Assembly: GCA_044236265.1 (NCBI GenBank)
Contig: JBIIGV010000002.1
Coordinates: 1-64,000, forward strand
DNA: 64,000 bases
Source: Oligoflexales bacterium
Lineage (GTDB): Bacteria; Bdellovibrionota_B; Oligoflexia; Oligoflexales; RGVZ01
Direction of reading: 5' to 3'
Under the pieces are notes generated by a model, which saw only the letters and a list, made by a program, of their open reading frames with translations, was not told the DNA's origin and did no database searches. The position numbers were made by a program, and so were the translations under genes. Shown here in pieces: positions 62,834 to 64,000 of the stretch. Position 1 is the first letter of the stretch. Each line of letters begins with the position of its first letter.

Positions 62834-64000
62834 ATGGATCAATCAAATAGTGTGATTCCAATTAAAATCGAAGAAGAGATGCGAACCGCGTTTCTCGATT
62901 ACTCGATGTCGGTCATCGTTTCGCGCGCACTTCCAGACGTCCGCGATGGCTTAAAGCCCGTTCACCGCCGCATCTTGTTTGCGATGCATAATTTAAAAAA
63001 CTTTCACAACCGCCCATACCTTAAAAGCGCCCGTGTTGTCGGGGAAGTTATCGGCCGGTTCCATCCGCATGGCGATAGTCCTGTGTATGAGGCGATGGTC
63101 CGATTGGCTCAAAATTTTGCGATGCGGTACACCCTGATCGATGGCCAAGGAAATTTCGGATCTATCGACGGCGATTCAGCGGCCGCGATGCGTTACACCG
63201 AGTGTCGTTTGGAAGAAGTAGCGGAATTGCTACTTAGCGACATTGATAAGGAAACGGTTGATTTCGGTCCAAACTATGACAACAAGGAGGAAGAGCCACT
63301 TGTTCTTCCCACAAGGCTGCCGCAACTGTTGGTGAATGGAGCATCCGGGATTGCCGTAGGTATGGCGACGAATATTCCTCCTCACAATTTAGGTGAGGTG
63401 CTGGATGCTTTGCTCGCTCTAATAGAAAATCCGTCCCTGCGCATCGAAGAGCTCATGACTTATGTCAAGGGCCCAGACTTTCCAACAAAGGGCCAGATTG
63501 TTGGCATTGCTGGAATTCGCGAAGCGTTTATGACTGGTCGCGGATCAGTTATCATGAGGTCCAAATCCCATGTGGAGCCTGTGCCCAAGTCTCAGGGCAA
63601 GGAACAAATCATAGTTACGGAAATCCCATACCAGGTGAACAAAGCTCGTCTTATCGAAAGAATTGCAGACCTGGTTCGTGAAAAGAAAATCGAAGGAATT
63701 TCCGATCTTCGTGATGAATCTGCTGAAGACGACATTCGCGTCGTGATTGAGCTAAAAAAGGGAGAAATCCCGGATATCGTCTTAAATAATCTTTATAAGC
63801 TTACGCCGATGCAAACTAGCTTTGGTGTGAATGCCGTTGCCCTCGTCAACGGGGCGCCAAAGATTTTAAACCTCAAACAGATGCTGGAGCAATTTTATCT
63901 CCACCGCCGCGAAGTGATCGTTCGTAAGACGGCCTACGAGCTTCGTCAGGCCGAGGCCCGCGGGCATATTTTGCTTGGCTTAAAAATAGCGGTCGAAAAT
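62834..64000 (+). CDS. gyrA: DNA gyrase subunit A; 3' truncated by the window edge and absent from the ORF track
   Basis: AAGGA RBS and ATG 62834. Translation: [46 protein letters not shown]...[12 protein letters not shown]...AAAMRYTE. Confidence 0.97.
   Translation, partial: MDQSNSVIPIKIEEEMRTAFLDYSMSVIVSRALPDVRDGLKPVHRRILFAMHNLKNFHNRPYLKSARVVGEVIGRFHPHGDSPVYEAMVRLAQNFAMRYTLIDGQGNFGSIDGDSAAAMRYTECRLEEVAELLLSDIDKETVDFGPNYDNKEEEPLVLPTRLPQLLVNGASGIAVGMATNIPPHNLGEVLDALLALIENPSLRIEELMTYVKGPDFPTKGQIVGIAGIREAFMTGRGSVIMRSKSHVEPVPKSQGKEQIIVTEIPYQVNKARLIERIADLVREKKIEGISDLRDESAEDDIRVVIELKKGEIPDIVLNNLYKLTPMQTSFGVNAVALVNGAPKILNLKQMLEQFYLHRREVIVRKTAYELRQAEARGHILLGLKIAVEN

Noticed and set aside
63055..63100. 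GyrA quinolone-resistance region [11 protein letters not shown]
   Set aside because: Ser at the 83-equivalent and an acidic residue at the 87-equivalent are retained; no resistance signature.

Overview
Replication-origin region of a Gram-negative bacterium. Gene content and order suggest the Bdellovibrionota/Oligoflexia (delta-proteobacterial-type) lineage; this is an inference. Left to right: the end of a MotA/TolQ + 2x ExbD-like + AgmX/PglI (Agl-Glt gliding-type) module; rnj, a nucleosidase, a NUDIX hydrolase, a PP2C phosphatase, an M23 peptidase and secA; rph, purSQLF and sdhCAB; an M16 peptidase, an outer-membrane barrel and yajC; a Rep/UvrD helicase and rpoH; DAGK-amgK-murU and a LysM lipoprotein; a reduced dcw cluster (rsmH ftsL ftsI murE::murD ftsW murC ftsQ ftsA ftsZ); and a complete F1Fo gene set split by parS x3-parA-parB. 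That set is transcribed away from dnaA-dnaN-gyrB-gyrA, with DnaA boxes on both sides of dnaA. No rRNA, tRNA, CRISPR array or mobile element was recognised. Most notable: (1) an in-frame MurE-MurD fusion in a dcw cluster lacking mraZ, murF, mraY, murG, murB and ddl; (2) an origin where atpZIBE replaces the usual rpmH-to-rsmG block, with a perfect DnaA box 4 nt before the first atp start codon and three parS sites at an exact 38-bp period; (3) two ExbD/TolR-like subunits that both appear to lack the essential transmembrane Asp; (4) signal-peptide-like presequences on AtpE, AtpB and YajC. All calls come from reading motifs by eye; no database searches were run.
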